A DNA stretch of 64,000 nt from Dehalococcoidia bacterium (GCA_050011565.1 JBEKIW010000004.1:1-64000); one strand, 5' to 3'; counted from the first letter of the stretch, positions 46,890 through 58,156 are shown. Translations and numbers: made by a program. The notes: generated from the letters alone by a model not told the origin.

Positions 46890-47939
46890 TCAAACAACAA
46901 GTATTTTGCCCTGCGGCTTACTAATTACTTCTCCGACAATAGCTGCCTCCGATATGCCGGCTTTTTTCAGCCTTTCTAGGAGTAGCTCAGCCTCTTCTGG
47001 GGCCAGGGAGATTAGCAGCCCGCCTGAGGTTTGAGGGTCGAAGAGAATATCCTGGATATAGTCGGGCACCTGCTTGGAGAACTCCACCATTTTGCCGTAG
47101 AACTCCCTGTTTCTTTTTAAACCACCGGGACAAAGACCTGCTTTGGCGAAATCTACTACTTCTGTGAAGACCGGAACCGAGCTCGAATGTACTTTCATGC
47201 CTACCTGGCTGTTTTGGGCCAGCTGGCAGGCGTGACCGAGAAGGCCGAAGCCGGTTATATCGGTGCAGGCATGAACTTCCAACTCTTGCATCAGTTCCGA
47301 GGCTTTTTTGTTTAGTGATGCCATATACTTCGTTATCTTGGCTACGGTTTCTTTGCTGGCTTTACCGGCTTTCAAGGCAGTGCTGATGATTCCGGTTCCA
47401 AGTGGCTTGGTGAGGACGAGTTTATCTCCTACCTTAGCTCCGGCATTAGTTATCATGCGTTTGGGATGAACGATACCGGTGACGGAAAGCCCGTATTTTA
47501 GCTCGGCATCGTCTATGCTGTGTCCGCCGACCAGTGTCACGCCGGCTTCCATCATTTTGTCTACCCCGCCCTTGAGGATTTCTTTGAGGATAGAGATGTC
47601 CAGCTTATTTATCGGGAAACAGACTACATTCATGGCGGTCAGAGGCTTGCCGCCCATAGCGTAAACGTCACTTAGCGCATTGGCGACAGCAATCTGGCCG
47701 AAATCGTATGGGTCGTCGACTATAGGCGTGAAGAAATCTATGGTCTGGATTATAGCCAGTTCATCGCTCAGCTTGTAAACGCCGGCATCATCCAGGCTTT
47801 CCATGCCCCGAATCACGTTCTTATCATGTATCATGGGCAAGCCGTACAGGGCTTTGTCTAGGTCTCCCGGACCTAACTTTGAAGCTCAGCCAGCTCCAGT
47901 GACGCTCTCGGTTAGACGGGGATGCATACTCTTATCCAT
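46890..47939 (-). CDS. selD: Selenophosphate synthetase, Sec-containing (U18)
   Basis: MDKSMHPRLTESVTGAG-U-ASKLGPGDL in frame with the tracked ORF; TGA 47886-88; hairpin TAGGTC/GACCTA at 47859-75; DFFTPIVDDP, TDITGFGL, DPQTSGGLL. Confidence 0.95.
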
Positions 47940-48033
47940 TTGTGGCGTATTGTAACATTGGCGATTAGGCGGAAGCAAAGGCTAGATGCCAGCTTTGAAA
48001 CTCGTTCCGAGTATAGTAGAATATCCCTGCACT

Positions 48034-49416
48034 ATGGTAACTGAACTTCGACGGCTTCCCAGCGTAGATAAGGTTATTTCTGATGAGCGAATAAAACAGC
48101 TCCGCGTTCATTATCCGCATGACCTGATTGTGGACCTGGTTCGACGGCATCTCGAGGAAGCTCGCCTCTCCATCACGCGCGGCAGCCCATCTCCTTCCCT
48201 GGATAAGATTGTGGACTTTATCCAGTCCGAATTGCAGGCACTGGAACAGCTCAGCCTGCGCCCGGTTATAAATGCCAGCGGAATAATACTTCATACCAAT
48301 TTAGGTCGTGCCCCGCTCAGTAAAGAGGCAAGGACAGCAATGGAGGTGATTGCCACAGGGTATTGCAACCTGGAGTTCGACCTTGACAGAGGAGCACGGG
48401 GTTCAAGAGATGTTCACATTGAAAAACTTCTATGCCAGTTGACCGGCGCTGAGTCAGCGATGGTGGTAAACAACAATGCCTCCGCAGTATTACTGGCTCT
48501 CACAGCCCTGGCTAAAAAGAAAGAAGTGATTGTTTCACGAGGCCAGGCCGTAGAAATAGGGGGTGGCTTTCGCATCCCTGATGTTATGCGACAGAGCGGG
48601 GCAAAGCTGATAGAGGTAGGCACCACTAACTGCACCTACATTAACGACTATGAGCAAGCGATTAGTCCACGAACAGCGGCTCTGCTACGTGTGCATGCCA
48701 GCAATTTCAGAGTCGAGGGTTTTACTCATTCGGTTGATATCGAGGAACTGGCGGCGCTGGGTAAGAAGCATGATATACCTGTGCTGGATGATTTAGGCAG
48801 CGGTTGTCTACTGGATACAACTACCTTCGGGCTTGCCGGAGAGCCCATGGTACAGCAGAGCGTTTCGCTTGGTGTTAAGCTGGCTTGTTTCTCCGGGGAC
48901 AAGCTCATTGGCGGACCTCAAGCCGGGATTATTGTGGGCAGGAAAGCCATGGTCGACAAGTTAAAAAGGCATGCGCTGGCCCGGGCAGTGCGAATTGACA
49001 AGATAAGGCTTGCCGGTCTGGCCGCAACATTAATTCACTACTTGAAGGGTGAAGCTCTGGAGAAAATTCCAATCTGGCGAATGATTTCGGCACCTCTTGA
49101 TGAAATCGATAGACGAGCCAGACTCTGGGCGAAAGCACTTGGTGATTTGGCACAGGTGGTGGAAGGTGAGACCATGGTTGGTGGCGGCAGCCTTCCTGGC
49201 AGCACGCTTCAAACCAGGCTGGTGGCTATCGGCGGTAAGCAAGGTGGCAGAACCACAGTCCTTTCTTTAGATCGAAAACTGAGGCACAATGTGCCACCGG
49301 TCATCGGCCGTATCAGCGACGATGTTCTACTCCTCGACCCAAGAACAGTTCTTGGCGAGGAGGATAATATTGTGTTGCAGGCGCTTAAAACAGCGACTAC
49401 CGGCCTGAATCGATGA
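48034..49416 (+). CDS. selA: L-seryl-tRNA(Sec) selenium transferase
   Basis: HTNLGRAPL, VNNNA, EIGGGFRIP, FSGDKLIGGPQAG. Confidence 0.97.
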   Translation: MVTELRRLPSVDKVISDERIKQLRVHYPHDLIVDLVRRHLEEARLSITRGSPSPSLDKIVDFIQSELQALEQLSLRPVINASGIILHTNLGRAPLSKEARTAMEVIATGYCNLEFDLDRGARGSRDVHIEKLLCQLTGAESAMVVNNNASAVLLALTALAKKKEVIVSRGQAVEIGGGFRIPDVMRQSGAKLIEVGTTNCTYINDYEQAISPRTAALLRVHASNFRVEGFTHSVDIEELAALGKKHDIPVLDDLGSGCLLDTTTFGLAGEPMVQQSVSLGVKLACFSGDKLIGGPQAGIIVGRKAMVDKLKRHALARAVRIDKIRLAGLAATLIHYLKGEALEKIPIWRMISAPLDEIDRRARLWAKALGDLAQVVEGETMVGGGSLPGSTLQTRLVAIGGKQGGRTTVLSLDRKLRHNVPPVIGRISDDVLLLDPRTVLGEEDNIVLQALKTATTGLNR

Positions 49417-49509
49417 TAGTGCAGGTCATCACTTTGGCTTTGCTGTCGGCTAAACCGTTATATTTTCATCTTACCTTCTGAGATTAGTTCACAGGGGAAG
49501 CAAAACAGA

Positions 49510-51357
49510 ATGTTTGTCGTAGGTACTGCCGGACATATAGACCACGGTAAATCGGTTCTGATAAAAGCCTTAACGGGGATAGACCCGGACCGGTTGCGCG
49601 AGGAAAAAGAACGGGGCATGACCATTGACCTCGGTTTTGCCTGGCTGAAATTACCCAGTGGGCAGGAAGTGGGAGTTGTTGATGTTCCGGGACACGAACG
49701 CTTTGTAAGAAACATGCTGGCTGGGGTAGGCGGCATAGATTTAGCTTTGCTTATCGTAGCAGCTGATGAGGGCGTGATGCCTCAGACCAGAGAGCATTTA
49801 GCCATACTCGATTTACTTGACATAACAAAAGGGATTGTAGTCATCACTAAAAAAGACCTGGTGGATGAGGAGTTGCTGAGCCTGGTCAAGCTGGAGATTG
49901 AAGAGGTAGTAAAGTCGACTAGCTTAGCCCGGTCGCCTATCGTCGCCGTATCGGCAGTCAGTGGTGAGGGGATGGCAGACCTTGTTTCCAGTATAGACCA
50001 TGTTCTAGCGTCCACTGAGCCGAGGAAGGACATCGGCAGGCCGAGGCTTATGATAGACCGCGCTTTCACCATAGCCGGCTCGGGCACGGTAGTAACCGGA
50101 ACATTAGTCGATGGCTCACTAACGGCAGGGCAGGAGGTGGAAATCCTGCCCTCGGGAATCAAAGCCAGGCTCCGGGGATTACAGACTCACAAGACTCGCA
50201 TTGATATGGCTAATCCGGGCAGTCGGGTGGCAGCTAACCTGACCGGAGTGGCAACTTCTCAATTGGAACGTGGTGACGTGCTCACTACGCCAGGGTGGTT
50301 GGTGACGACAACCAGGGTGGACGTAAGCCTTCGTATGCTTTCAAATCTTAAACATCCCTTACGTCATGGTACTCCGGTCGGTTTTTTTACAGGTGCTGCT
50401 GAGGTAATGGCCAAAGTTCACCTGCTGGAAAAAGAAAAGCTGGATTCTGGAGATATTTCCTGGGCCCAACTCACCCTGTCTAAGCCGGTGGCATTGGTTA
50501 AGAGTGACCACTTCATTATCCGCTCACCGATGGATACATTGGGAGGTGGTGTGATTGTGGAGTCGCACGCACTGAGACATCGCCGATTTCGACCGGATGT
50601 AATTCAAAACCTGAGGATAAGGGCAGAGGGAACCGTGGCTGACGTTGTAATTGCCACTCTGGAGGCGAACCAGCCCTCGGGACTAGAGGAGCTGGCAGTC
50701 CAGTGTGATTTGGGAACTGATGAAACTCATGAAGTCGTCAGTAAGCTTGTTAACGATGGAAAGGTGGTAATGGTGGGGCAGGGGAAACAAAGCCTTCTCT
50801 TTACCGGTTCGGGTTGGGAACAATTGGCTAAAAAAGCGGAAGATATCGTGAGGAATTATCATCGAAAATTACCCACCCGTGCCGGAATACCCAAGGGTGA
50901 GCTAAGCAGTAAGTTGAAACTATCGCCGACTTCTGCCGCATTGCAGAGACTTTTCGAATCTGGTGTTCTGGTTGAAGAGGGCGCGGCTGTTCATCTACCT
51001 TCTTATCGGATCCAACTTTCCCAGCGACAACAAGAAAAAGTAAATAACTTTCTCCGTGTCTTGAAGGAGAATCCTTATTCTCCACCCGGCGATATAACAT
51101 TGGAACCCGACCTGCTGAATTTGCTTATTGAGCAGCAACAGGCCGTGAAAGTAAGCGATGGAGTAGTCTTTTCCGCAGCTGCCTATGAGGAAATGGTGAA
51201 TAAAGTTACGGCTTATGCCAGGACAAAGGGTAAAGTGACCCTTGCTGAAGTCCGAGACATGCTAGGCACCAGCCGGAAATATGCCCAGGCACTTCTGGAA
51301 TATATGGACGAGAAAAAAATCACCCGCCGGGTTGGTGACGAGCGAATACTGAGATAA
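49510..51357 (+). CDS. selB: Sec-specific elongation factor
   Basis: [18 protein letters not shown]-terminal winged helix TSRKYA..LEYMD. Confidence 0.97.
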   Translation: MFVVGTAGHIDHGKSVLIKALTGIDPDRLREEKERGMTIDLGFAWLKLPSGQEVGVVDVPGHERFVRNMLAGVGGIDLALLIVAADEGVMPQTREHLAILDLLDITKGIVVITKKDLVDEELLSLVKLEIEEVVKSTSLARSPIVAVSAVSGEGMADLVSSIDHVLASTEPRKDIGRPRLMIDRAFTIAGSGTVVTGTLVDGSLTAGQEVEILPSGIKARLRGLQTHKTRIDMANPGSRVAANLTGVATSQLERGDVLTTPGWLVTTTRVDVSLRMLSNLKHPLRHGTPVGFFTGAAEVMAKVHLLEKEKLDSGDISWAQLTLSKPVALVKSDHFIIRSPMDTLGGGVIVESHALRHRRFRPDVIQNLRIRAEGTVADVVIATLEANQPSGLEELAVQCDLGTDETHEVVSKLVNDGKVVMVGQGKQSLLFTGSGWEQLAKKAEDIVRNYHRKLPTRAGIPKGELSSKLKLSPTSAALQRLFESGVLVEEGAAVHLPSYRIQLSQRQQEKVNNFLRVLKENPYSPPGDITLEPDLLNLLIEQQQAVKVSDGVVFSAAAYEEMVNKVTAYARTKGKVTLAEVRDMLGTSRKYAQALLEYMDEKKITRRVGDERILR

Positions 51358-52065
51358 CTAATACTGTTTGATAAATTGGCCGTTGTCCTCGTAGAAATAC
51401 CAGGAGCCATTATCAGCTGAGTTTACCGGACAGGTTTTGATTACACTCCACATCCCGTTGCCTAGATATTGAGCAGTAAAAGTCGCTGCGGCGTCCTCAT
51501 ACTGAGGACAGCTGGCAGTACTTCAGCCGGTCCTCATGGTTTGTAACCGACAATCAGGGCTAAGCTGCTTGGCAGCGGCAATGACCTGGTCTATAGTGTA
51601 GGCAGGTGAATCGGAGACGGGTTTTGGTTTCTGTTGCCCGGTCGTGCCAGCCGTAACGGGTGGAGTTGTGGGAGGGGATTGGCCGCCGAAGTTATACCCG
51701 CCAAGCCAGTTAGATGAATCTCCCTGGCTGCTCGTACCAACAGCGTAGATGATTCCTACCAGGAAGAAAATGATGGCTACGACGATAAGATAGCGTCCAA
51801 TATGACCTATAGGCCTTTGTACCTTATATTCTACATCAGCCGCGTTTCTGTAATGGGTGTATTCAACTCCGCTGGCTGGGGGACTGGCATGCTGCGCCAG
51901 GTGGTACAGCTTTCCACCACAATTGGTGCAAAACCCGGATGAAGTTCCAACTGCGGTTCCACAGTGGCGACATCTGTATTCGAAGCGCTGGCCACATGTG
52001 TTGCAGAAATGCTGCCCCACGGGGATTTGAGCACCACACTTAGGACACGGAAACGATTGCTGCAA
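51358..52065 (-). CDS. Candidate selenoprotein: double zinc ribbon, TM helix, C-terminal U-x4-C domain (235 aa with UGA readthrough)
   Basis: TGA 51523-25 is followed by 54 sense codons to TAG 51358-60; SECIS-like hairpin at 51493-51509. Confidence 0.75.
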
Positions 52066-52388
52066 CTTGGACTCCGTTTCTTCTTATATACATGTTACTG
52101 CGCAATCTAAGCCGTATGCAAATCCGTCCGAAACCAGTTATATACCCGGCGGAAGCAAAGCAGGAAATCTCCATATTTTCGTCATCTTATAGTCCCCTTC
52201 CTTTTATTTAATAGAGGGCAGTTATTATGCAAATCGGGCACCTGGTACTTATGTCTGCATAATTCGTGGTACCTAAGTGTCTCGTGGAAACAGTACTAAT
52301 TCATCATGTTTTGTTTATTGCCCTATGTGAAAATAACAATGTAGATATCAAGCCAACTGATGACACGCTTTATGATAAGGAGGAAGAA

Positions 52389-52523
52389 ATGAGCAAAAGT
52401 AAGAAGTTCATGTCCATCATCGGAGGTGATAAGAAGCTGTTGGGTATGTTGAGTGGCATTGTTATTGATGTTACAGCTCTGGTAGCTATCCTAGTCATGG
52501 CCTGCGTCTGGTATTTGCCATAA
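52389..52523 (+). CDS. Small single-TM protein
   Basis: AAGGAGG RBS, 44 aa ending ..VMACVWYLP. Confidence 0.6.
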   Translation: MSKSKKFMSIIGGDKKLLGMLSGIVIDVTALVAILVMACVWYLP

Positions 52524-52554
52524 CTGCCAAAATACCGTTGGGTTTGGAACTCCG

Positions 52555-52638
52555 ATGGTAAGAGAACTTATCGGTGTCATTGGGGGCTTCGTATTTGTTG
52601 CTCTGCTTTTCTGGGCGTGGGCTTGGTATTTTTTGTGA
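52555..52638 (+). CDS. Small single-TM peptide (not in ORF track)
   Basis: MVRELIGVIGGFVFVALLFWAWAWYFL; weak RBS. Confidence 0.4.
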   Translation: MVRELIGVIGGFVFVALLFWAWAWYFL

Positions 52639-52854
52639 TATATATTCTTGCTGGTAATGCCAGCTACTTCTTTACGTGTCTTCCTCCAGACAAAAGCCGT
52701 ACTGAAACCACCTCCTAATTCTATCTGGAATCCCCGATTAAACTACTCAGGCCATCTTTAAAGCGCTTTGTCTGTGTTATTTCCTTTGGTTTGCAGTTAG
52801 CACGTAGGTCAATAAAACTGCAACCTACGCTTTCTTCAACAGCTGTCAAAAAGG

Positions 52855-52951
52855 TGGCGGGAGCGTATGGGGGTCGAACCCACCGGAGACACTATCAATG
52901 CCTCCCGACGGATTTGAAGTCCGCGAAGCCCACCGGGACTCAAACGCTCCC
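52855..52951 (-). tRNA. selC: tRNA-Sec(TCA)
   Basis: 8-bp acceptor GGGAGCGT/ACGCTCCC, GGACT-TCA-AATCC, long variable arm, GCCA end; 97 nt. Confidence 0.96.
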
Positions 52952-53103
52952 CCAAATATGGTCTTACTCAGGCGTATTCCAGGTCTCAGGACTGGCTCAG
53001 CTAACATAATACCAGATTCGTAAGAGTTATGAAATGACTCATATTCCCGTTAAAATCAAATTTGTTATAATTGCGCTGCATTTAATTTCATACGAGATTA
53101 GGA

Positions 53104-54429
53104 GTGAGCGAGATTTCTAATTCCTTACGCAGAACTGAACCCGGTGTATTAACTCGGTTACAGAAAGCGCGGCGTATACGAGCTATGAGAAAGGCATTTA
53201 GTGTAGTCAGGAAACGACAACAGGCGAATATTCGCCGCATACCTGATCTCGAAGGTCGAAAAAGAAGACTCAGGCAAGCTCGGAAGCGTGCCGTTGGCAG
53301 CGAGGCTCTTCTTAAACAGGCAGTTGAAAACCTGAGGCAAAACGGAATAAAGGTTTACATGGCCGACAGCCGGGAAGAAGCCGTATCGCTGGTTATTAGG
53401 GAAATAGCAGATAACAGGCTGGTAGTTAAGTCAAAGTCGAATTTGACCAAGGAAATCGCGCTAACTGAAGCCCTGGAAGCGGCCGGCACTAAGGTTATAG
53501 AGACCGATATCGGGGACAGGATAATCCAGCTTTGCGGGGATGTGCCATCACATCCAACAGGTCCGGCCAGCCATTTAACAAAGCATGACATAGCTGAAAT
53601 CCTATCTGCTCACCTGGGCAGGAAAGTGGAACCGAACGCTGAGACGCTGGTTCAGCTGATTAAGGAAGAGATATATACATATATTGGCGAGTCTACTATA
53701 GGAATAACGGGGGCCAATGCCATTGTTGCTGAGGATGGAGTTGTATTGCTGCTGCATAATGAGGGAAATATTCTGCAGGTGTCAACGAGGCCGGAAAAGC
53801 ATATTATCCTTGCCGGGATAGATAAAATATACCGGAATACGGAAGACGCCCTGAATATGGTGAAGCTCCAGACATTTTGCGCCACAGGCTCCCTGGCCAC
53901 TTCATTCGTAAATATAATCAGTAGCCCAAGCCAGACCGCTGACATTGAAAAGCAGTTAATCAAAGGTGTCCATGGGCCCAGGGAACTGTGTGTCATTCTG
54001 GTTGATAACAACAGAAGCAACATAGCGAAGAGCGAATATAAAGATTTACTCTACTGTATAGGTTGTGGTCAGTGTCTGCTGGTTTGTCCTGCCTACGGAG
54101 TCTATGGTAATAGATTTGGCATGGATAGCCAGCTTGGGGGAAGGGGATTAGTTTATTCTGCCTTGAGCAGCGAGACATCTGTTAATAGTATTAAAGGGCT
54201 GGACCTGTGTCTTGGCTGCCGGAAGTGCCAGCAGAACTGCCCTGTAGCCATAGATATTCCTTCTATGGTTACAAAGATGCGTTTAGAAAGGCAAAGTAAG
54301 ATTCTGGAACCACATCTGCAGACCGCGTATGATTTTATTCGCGCCCATGTAGAATGGATAGGCAGTGCTTTACGCCTCGAAATGCTGTTGCTGGCATTAA
54401 AATTGTCACCAAAGGCGGATAACGATTAA
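53104..54429 (+). CDS. LUD-domain 4Fe-4S protein (LutB-like)
   Basis: VKSKSN..EI, ETDIGD, GVHGP, CIGCGQCLLVCP, CLGCRKCQQNCP. Confidence 0.85.
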   Translation: MSEISNSLRRTEPGVLTRLQKARRIRAMRKAFSVVRKRQQANIRRIPDLEGRKRRLRQARKRAVGSEALLKQAVENLRQNGIKVYMADSREEAVSLVIREIADNRLVVKSKSNLTKEIALTEALEAAGTKVIETDIGDRIIQLCGDVPSHPTGPASHLTKHDIAEILSAHLGRKVEPNAETLVQLIKEEIYTYIGESTIGITGANAIVAEDGVVLLLHNEGNILQVSTRPEKHIILAGIDKIYRNTEDALNMVKLQTFCATGSLATSFVNIISSPSQTADIEKQLIKGVHGPRELCVILVDNNRSNIAKSEYKDLLYCIGCGQCLLVCPAYGVYGNRFGMDSQLGGRGLVYSALSSETSVNSIKGLDLCLGCRKCQQNCPVAIDIPSMVTKMRLERQSKILEPHLQTAYDFIRAHVEWIGSALRLEMLLLALKLSPKADND

Positions 54430-54699
54430 CGGCCCACTAACCTTAAGCAACTATTACTGACTTATGGGCAGTTCTACCACGAATATAGCTCCTTTGTTTG
54501 GTTCGCTCCTTGATTTCAAAGTGCATCCGCAAGTAGACTTTATCATTGCGTGTATACTGGCCCCCTTTACTTAAGGCTATTATGCCGCTAAAATAATGGG
54601 CGAGGTTCTCAGGCTAAAGTTACCGCGATAGCAGCGAGTTTCATAAGCTTTCCGAGTCTATTTGTTTCACATCAGTATTACATCTTCGGGAGGAATAAA

Positions 54700-55452
54700 T
54701 TGGCAGATTTTACAGGTAAAGTTATAATAGTCACCGGCGGCAGCTCAGGCATCGGCCGTGCTGCTGCTATTTTGTTCGGTAAGCGTGGTGGCAAGGTTGT
54801 AGTTGCCGCCCGGCGCATCAATAAAGGCGAGGAAACCGTACAAATGATAAAAGAGGCTGGCGGCGAGGGCATGTTTGTGCAAACGGATGTCAGAATTGCT
54901 GCACAGGTAGAAAACATGGTCAAGAAAACGGTTGATACTTACGGCAGGCTTGATATTGCTTTCAATAATGCCGGTAAGGCCGGCATTTTTCAAAGTCTGG
55001 TCGAGGAGACGGAGGAAGCATTCTACGAGCAGATAGATACTAACCTCAAGGGCGTCTGGCTGTGTATGAAGTACGAGATTCCTGAGATGCTCAAACAGGG
55101 CGGTGGCGCCATAGTCAATAATTCTTCCATCACCGGCCTCAGGGCTTTGCGCAAGATCGCCGCTTACAGCGCCAGCAAGCACGCTGTGGTCGGGCTGACC
55201 AATGCGGCGGCAAAGGAATTTGCTCCCTACAATATCCGTATCGTAGCCATATGCCCGGCCTGGACCATGACGGAAATGACTAAGGAATTCACCATCGACC
55301 CGAAGCGCAAAGTCAAAACTGAGGGTACCATCCCGCTGCGCAGAATAGCCCAGCCCGAGGAGATTGCCGAACTGGCGTGCTTCCTGGCGTCGGATAAGGC
55401 GTCTTTTATCGCGGGAGGCGCCATCGCCATCTCCGGCGGGCTGGATATCTAA
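54700..55452 (+). CDS. Short-chain dehydrogenase/reductase
   Basis: TGGSSGIG, NNAG, YSASK. Confidence 0.92.
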   Translation: MADFTGKVIIVTGGSSGIGRAAAILFGKRGGKVVVAARRINKGEETVQMIKEAGGEGMFVQTDVRIAAQVENMVKKTVDTYGRLDIAFNNAGKAGIFQSLVEETEEAFYEQIDTNLKGVWLCMKYEIPEMLKQGGGAIVNNSSITGLRALRKIAAYSASKHAVVGLTNAAAKEFAPYNIRIVAICPAWTMTEMTKEFTIDPKRKVKTEGTIPLRRIAQPEEIAELACFLASDKASFIAGGAIAISGGLDI

Positions 55453-55513
55453 CTCAGGCCCTCTGTCGTTGCGTTCACGAATTGATGAAACATAGATATC
55501 CCTGCGATATCAA

Positions 55514-57421
55514 CTATTCCCTACTTATGGGAAGCTCTACTATAAAAGTTGCTCCCTTCCCAGGTTCACTTTCGACGTATATGTTGCCACCATGTTCTGT
55601 CACTATGCTGTGACAGATGCTCAAACCCAGCCCAATGCCCTGGCCTACTTCTTTGGTGGTGAAAAAGGGGTTGAATATCTGCCCAAGGTTTTCGGGTGGT
55701 ATGCCGGGACCATCATCGGCAAATGAGGCTCTGATGACATCTCCTTTGCTCTCGGTGGTAATGGTCAGCGTGCCTTTTTTGTGTGCCTGGAACATAAAAT
55801 ATTCGGCATCGATGATGATATTCAGGAAAACCTGCCGCATTTGAGTTGGGCCAACCATAACCAGCGGTAGCTCGGGATCGAAGTTGGTCTTCACCTTGAT
55901 GTTTGTGTTCTTCTGTTCATATTGCCGCAGTTTAAGCACATCTTTGATAAAGCTGTTTATGTCAGAGAGTTGCATTTGCAGCGGCCGCTTGAGAGCGAAG
56001 ACCATAAAGTTCTTAATAACTTCAGAGGCACGCTGGGCTTCTTCATAAATGCCTGTCAGGTCGGTCCTGACATCTTCAGACAGGTCTTTTCTATCCAATA
56101 GCAGCTGGGCATAGCCGATGACGCCGGTCAATGGGTTATTAAGCTCATGGGCGAAGCCTCCTGCCATATTGCCGAGGGCAGCCAACCGGTCGGTGACAGT
56201 CAGGCTGTCCAGCGTTTTCTTTTGCTCGGTGATGTCAGATAAGACACCGGTGATACCTATTACCTGCCCGTGTTGCATCCGTTGGCGGCTGTTGGTGCGC
56301 GTGTAGCGAATGCTACCGTCTTTGTCTAAAACCCGAAACTCAAAAGGCTTAAGTATGCCAGCCAGGACACGTTGGAAGCTGGATATTAAACCGGGCATGT
56401 CATCCGGGTGGACAAAACGACTGAAATTCTGACCTTTCAATTCGTCCGCCTTGTATTTACCAATCCGTTCTATAGCCGGGCTGATGTAGGTTATGTTGCC
56501 CTCTGTATCCACTTCGAATATGACGTCGTTAATATTTTCAACCAGATTCTGATATCTCTCCTGGGATTGCTGCAGTGTTTCCTCGGCCAGCTTGCGCTCG
56601 GTGATGTCCTGCACAATACCGAATAGTTTGACGACCCGACCGTAAGCATCCTTAATAGGTTGCATTGTCGCTGAATAGAAAACATGTCGCCCGCTTGGTA
56701 AGTCAGCTTCCAAGTCGTATTTAAAATCTTTACCTTCCTCGATAGCACAGCGTGCATATTCGCGCAATTTTAGGCCTTGCTCTTGAGAGTAATAGGAAGC
56801 TTCTTCCTCAGCAGTGGGTGGACCCAAAGCAGGGTCGCGATCGTAGATCTTGTATGTGTTGTCAGACCACGTGATTTTTTGGCTTTCGACATCAAATTCC
56901 CAGCTTCCAATCCGTCCCGATATTTGGGCCTCCTTTAACTTTGCCTCACTCTGCCGCAGTGCTTCTTCGGCCTGCTTGCGCTCGGATATATCACGGATAA
57001 CGGCTGTAAAAAAGACTCCTTCTCCCGTCTTCCATTTTGCCATAGAAAGCTCCAGCGGAAATTGGCTCTTGTTTTTTCTGAGTCCAATCACCTCAACGGT
57101 TTTACTGATGATTCTTGGCTTGCCACCTGACGTTATACTCTTTAGTCTGCTTATGTGGGTGTCTTGGAATCGCTCGGGCATGATGATGGTAAGTGATTTC
57201 CCCACCATTTCTTTTGCAGTATATCCAAATATTTTTTCGGCGGCGCGATTCCAGAGAACTACTTTCCCCTGTGAGTCAATAGTGACCATACCATCCGGTA
57301 TACTTTCTGCTATAGAGCGGTAACGTTGTTCTCTATATTCTAATTCTTTAAGGGTCTGTGACCGTTCAGGATGTGTGGGCGTCTTTCTAGGTTTCCGCGT
57401 TTTTGACTTTGCAACCTTCAT
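55514..57421 (-). CDS. Cytoplasmic triple-PAS histidine kinase
   Basis: 3 PAS/PAC (DISERK, DITERK, DITEQK), AHELNNPL, DDGPG, FFTTK, GLGL; no adjacent response regulator. Confidence 0.92.
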   Translation of the reverse strand: MKVAKSKTRKPRKTPTHPERSQTLKELEYREQRYRSIAESIPDGMVTIDSQGKVVLWNRAAEKIFGYTAKEMVGKSLTIIMPERFQDTHISRLKSITSGGKPRIISKTVEVIGLRKNKSQFPLELSMAKWKTGEGVFFTAVIRDISERKQAEEALRQSEAKLKEAQISGRIGSWEFDVESQKITWSDNTYKIYDRDPALGPPTAEEEASYYSQEQGLKLREYARCAIEEGKDFKYDLEADLPSGRHVFYSATMQPIKDAYGRVVKLFGIVQDITERKLAEETLQQSQERYQNLVENINDVIFEVDTEGNITYISPAIERIGKYKADELKGQNFSRFVHPDDMPGLISSFQRVLAGILKPFEFRVLDKDGSIRYTRTNSRQRMQHGQVIGITGVLSDITEQKKTLDSLTVTDRLAALGNMAGGFAHELNNPLTGVIGYAQLLLDRKDLSEDVRTDLTGIYEEAQRASEVIKNFMVFALKRPLQMQLSDINSFIKDVLKLRQYEQKNTNIKVKTNFDPELPLVMVGPTQMRQVFLNIIIDAEYFMFQAHKKGTLTITTESKGDVIRASFADDGPGIPPENLGQIFNPFFTTKEVGQGIGLGLSICHSIVTEHGGNIYVESEPGKGATFIVELPISRE

Positions 57422-57633
57422 ATTATGTTCTCTGTCTCCGACGGTGCTATATGTCTGGAATACCCCAGCATAAATTTACTTGGCTTCCTTTATATTATAT
57501 ATATTTGCTGATAAGGCTTATATTTGTCAAGTTTGTTCTGATGTGAACTGACTAGCGGAATACGTTACAGTGACATAGTTTTACGGTTGTTGTAAAATCA
57601 AGCTTAGGTGAAGAGATAGAAGGAGTCGGGTGA

Positions 57634-57867
57634 ATGGAGCTATACGTCTTGACTCAATCCGGTAGAAAGGCAATATCGGTGCTCAGGAAGGCGGGTGATG
57701 AGCTGGACGCAAACCTGCTTGAATACCTGGGCATGGCCGAAGGTGCCACGGTGGAACAATTTGCTGATGCCATGAAATTGGATGAGAAGATGGCGTATGA
57801 TAAGCTGAGGTCGTTCAGCGCTAAAAGATGGGCCTGGCGCAAGATGACCAAGCTGGCGAGATTCTAA
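57634..57867 (+). CDS. Small HTH-like hypothetical protein
   Basis: AAGGAG RBS, 77 aa. Confidence 0.6.
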   Translation: MELYVLTQSGRKAISVLRKAGDELDANLLEYLGMAEGATVEQFADAMKLDEKMAYDKLRSFSAKRWAWRKMTKLARF

Positions 57868-57925
57868 TTTTGCAGGAGAATCAGTTTTTCCTTCTTAGAC
57901 AGATTGTGATTTAAGGAATACGCGA

Positions 57926-58156
57926 ATGATGCTGCGAAAGCGTTGCGCTTACTGCCGTGGACAGGGTTCGGTATCTGGCTCTGAAGGGCCTTCCGCTCCG
58001 CCTGAGCCATGCCCGGTTTGTAATCAACGGGGCTATAATCTGGTGCCGGGCGGCGCTGCACTATGCGGTTTATGTCAGGGTAGCGGGCGAGTACCTGCTG
58101 GAGGTGGAAGTTGGAGGCCCTGTCCTGACTGTAATGGTATTGGCTTCAAATGGTGA
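57926..58156 (+). CDS. DnaJ-type zinc-finger small protein
   Basis: Four CxxCxGxG-like repeats. Confidence 0.75.
   Translation: MMLRKRCAYCRGQGSVSGSEGPSAPPEPCPVCNQRGYNLVPGGAALCGLCQGSGRVPAGGGSWRPCPDCNGIGFKW

Noticed and set aside
52791-53009. 72-aa ORF
   Set aside because: Antisense to tRNA-Sec; likewise 43935-44141 lies inside tmRNA.
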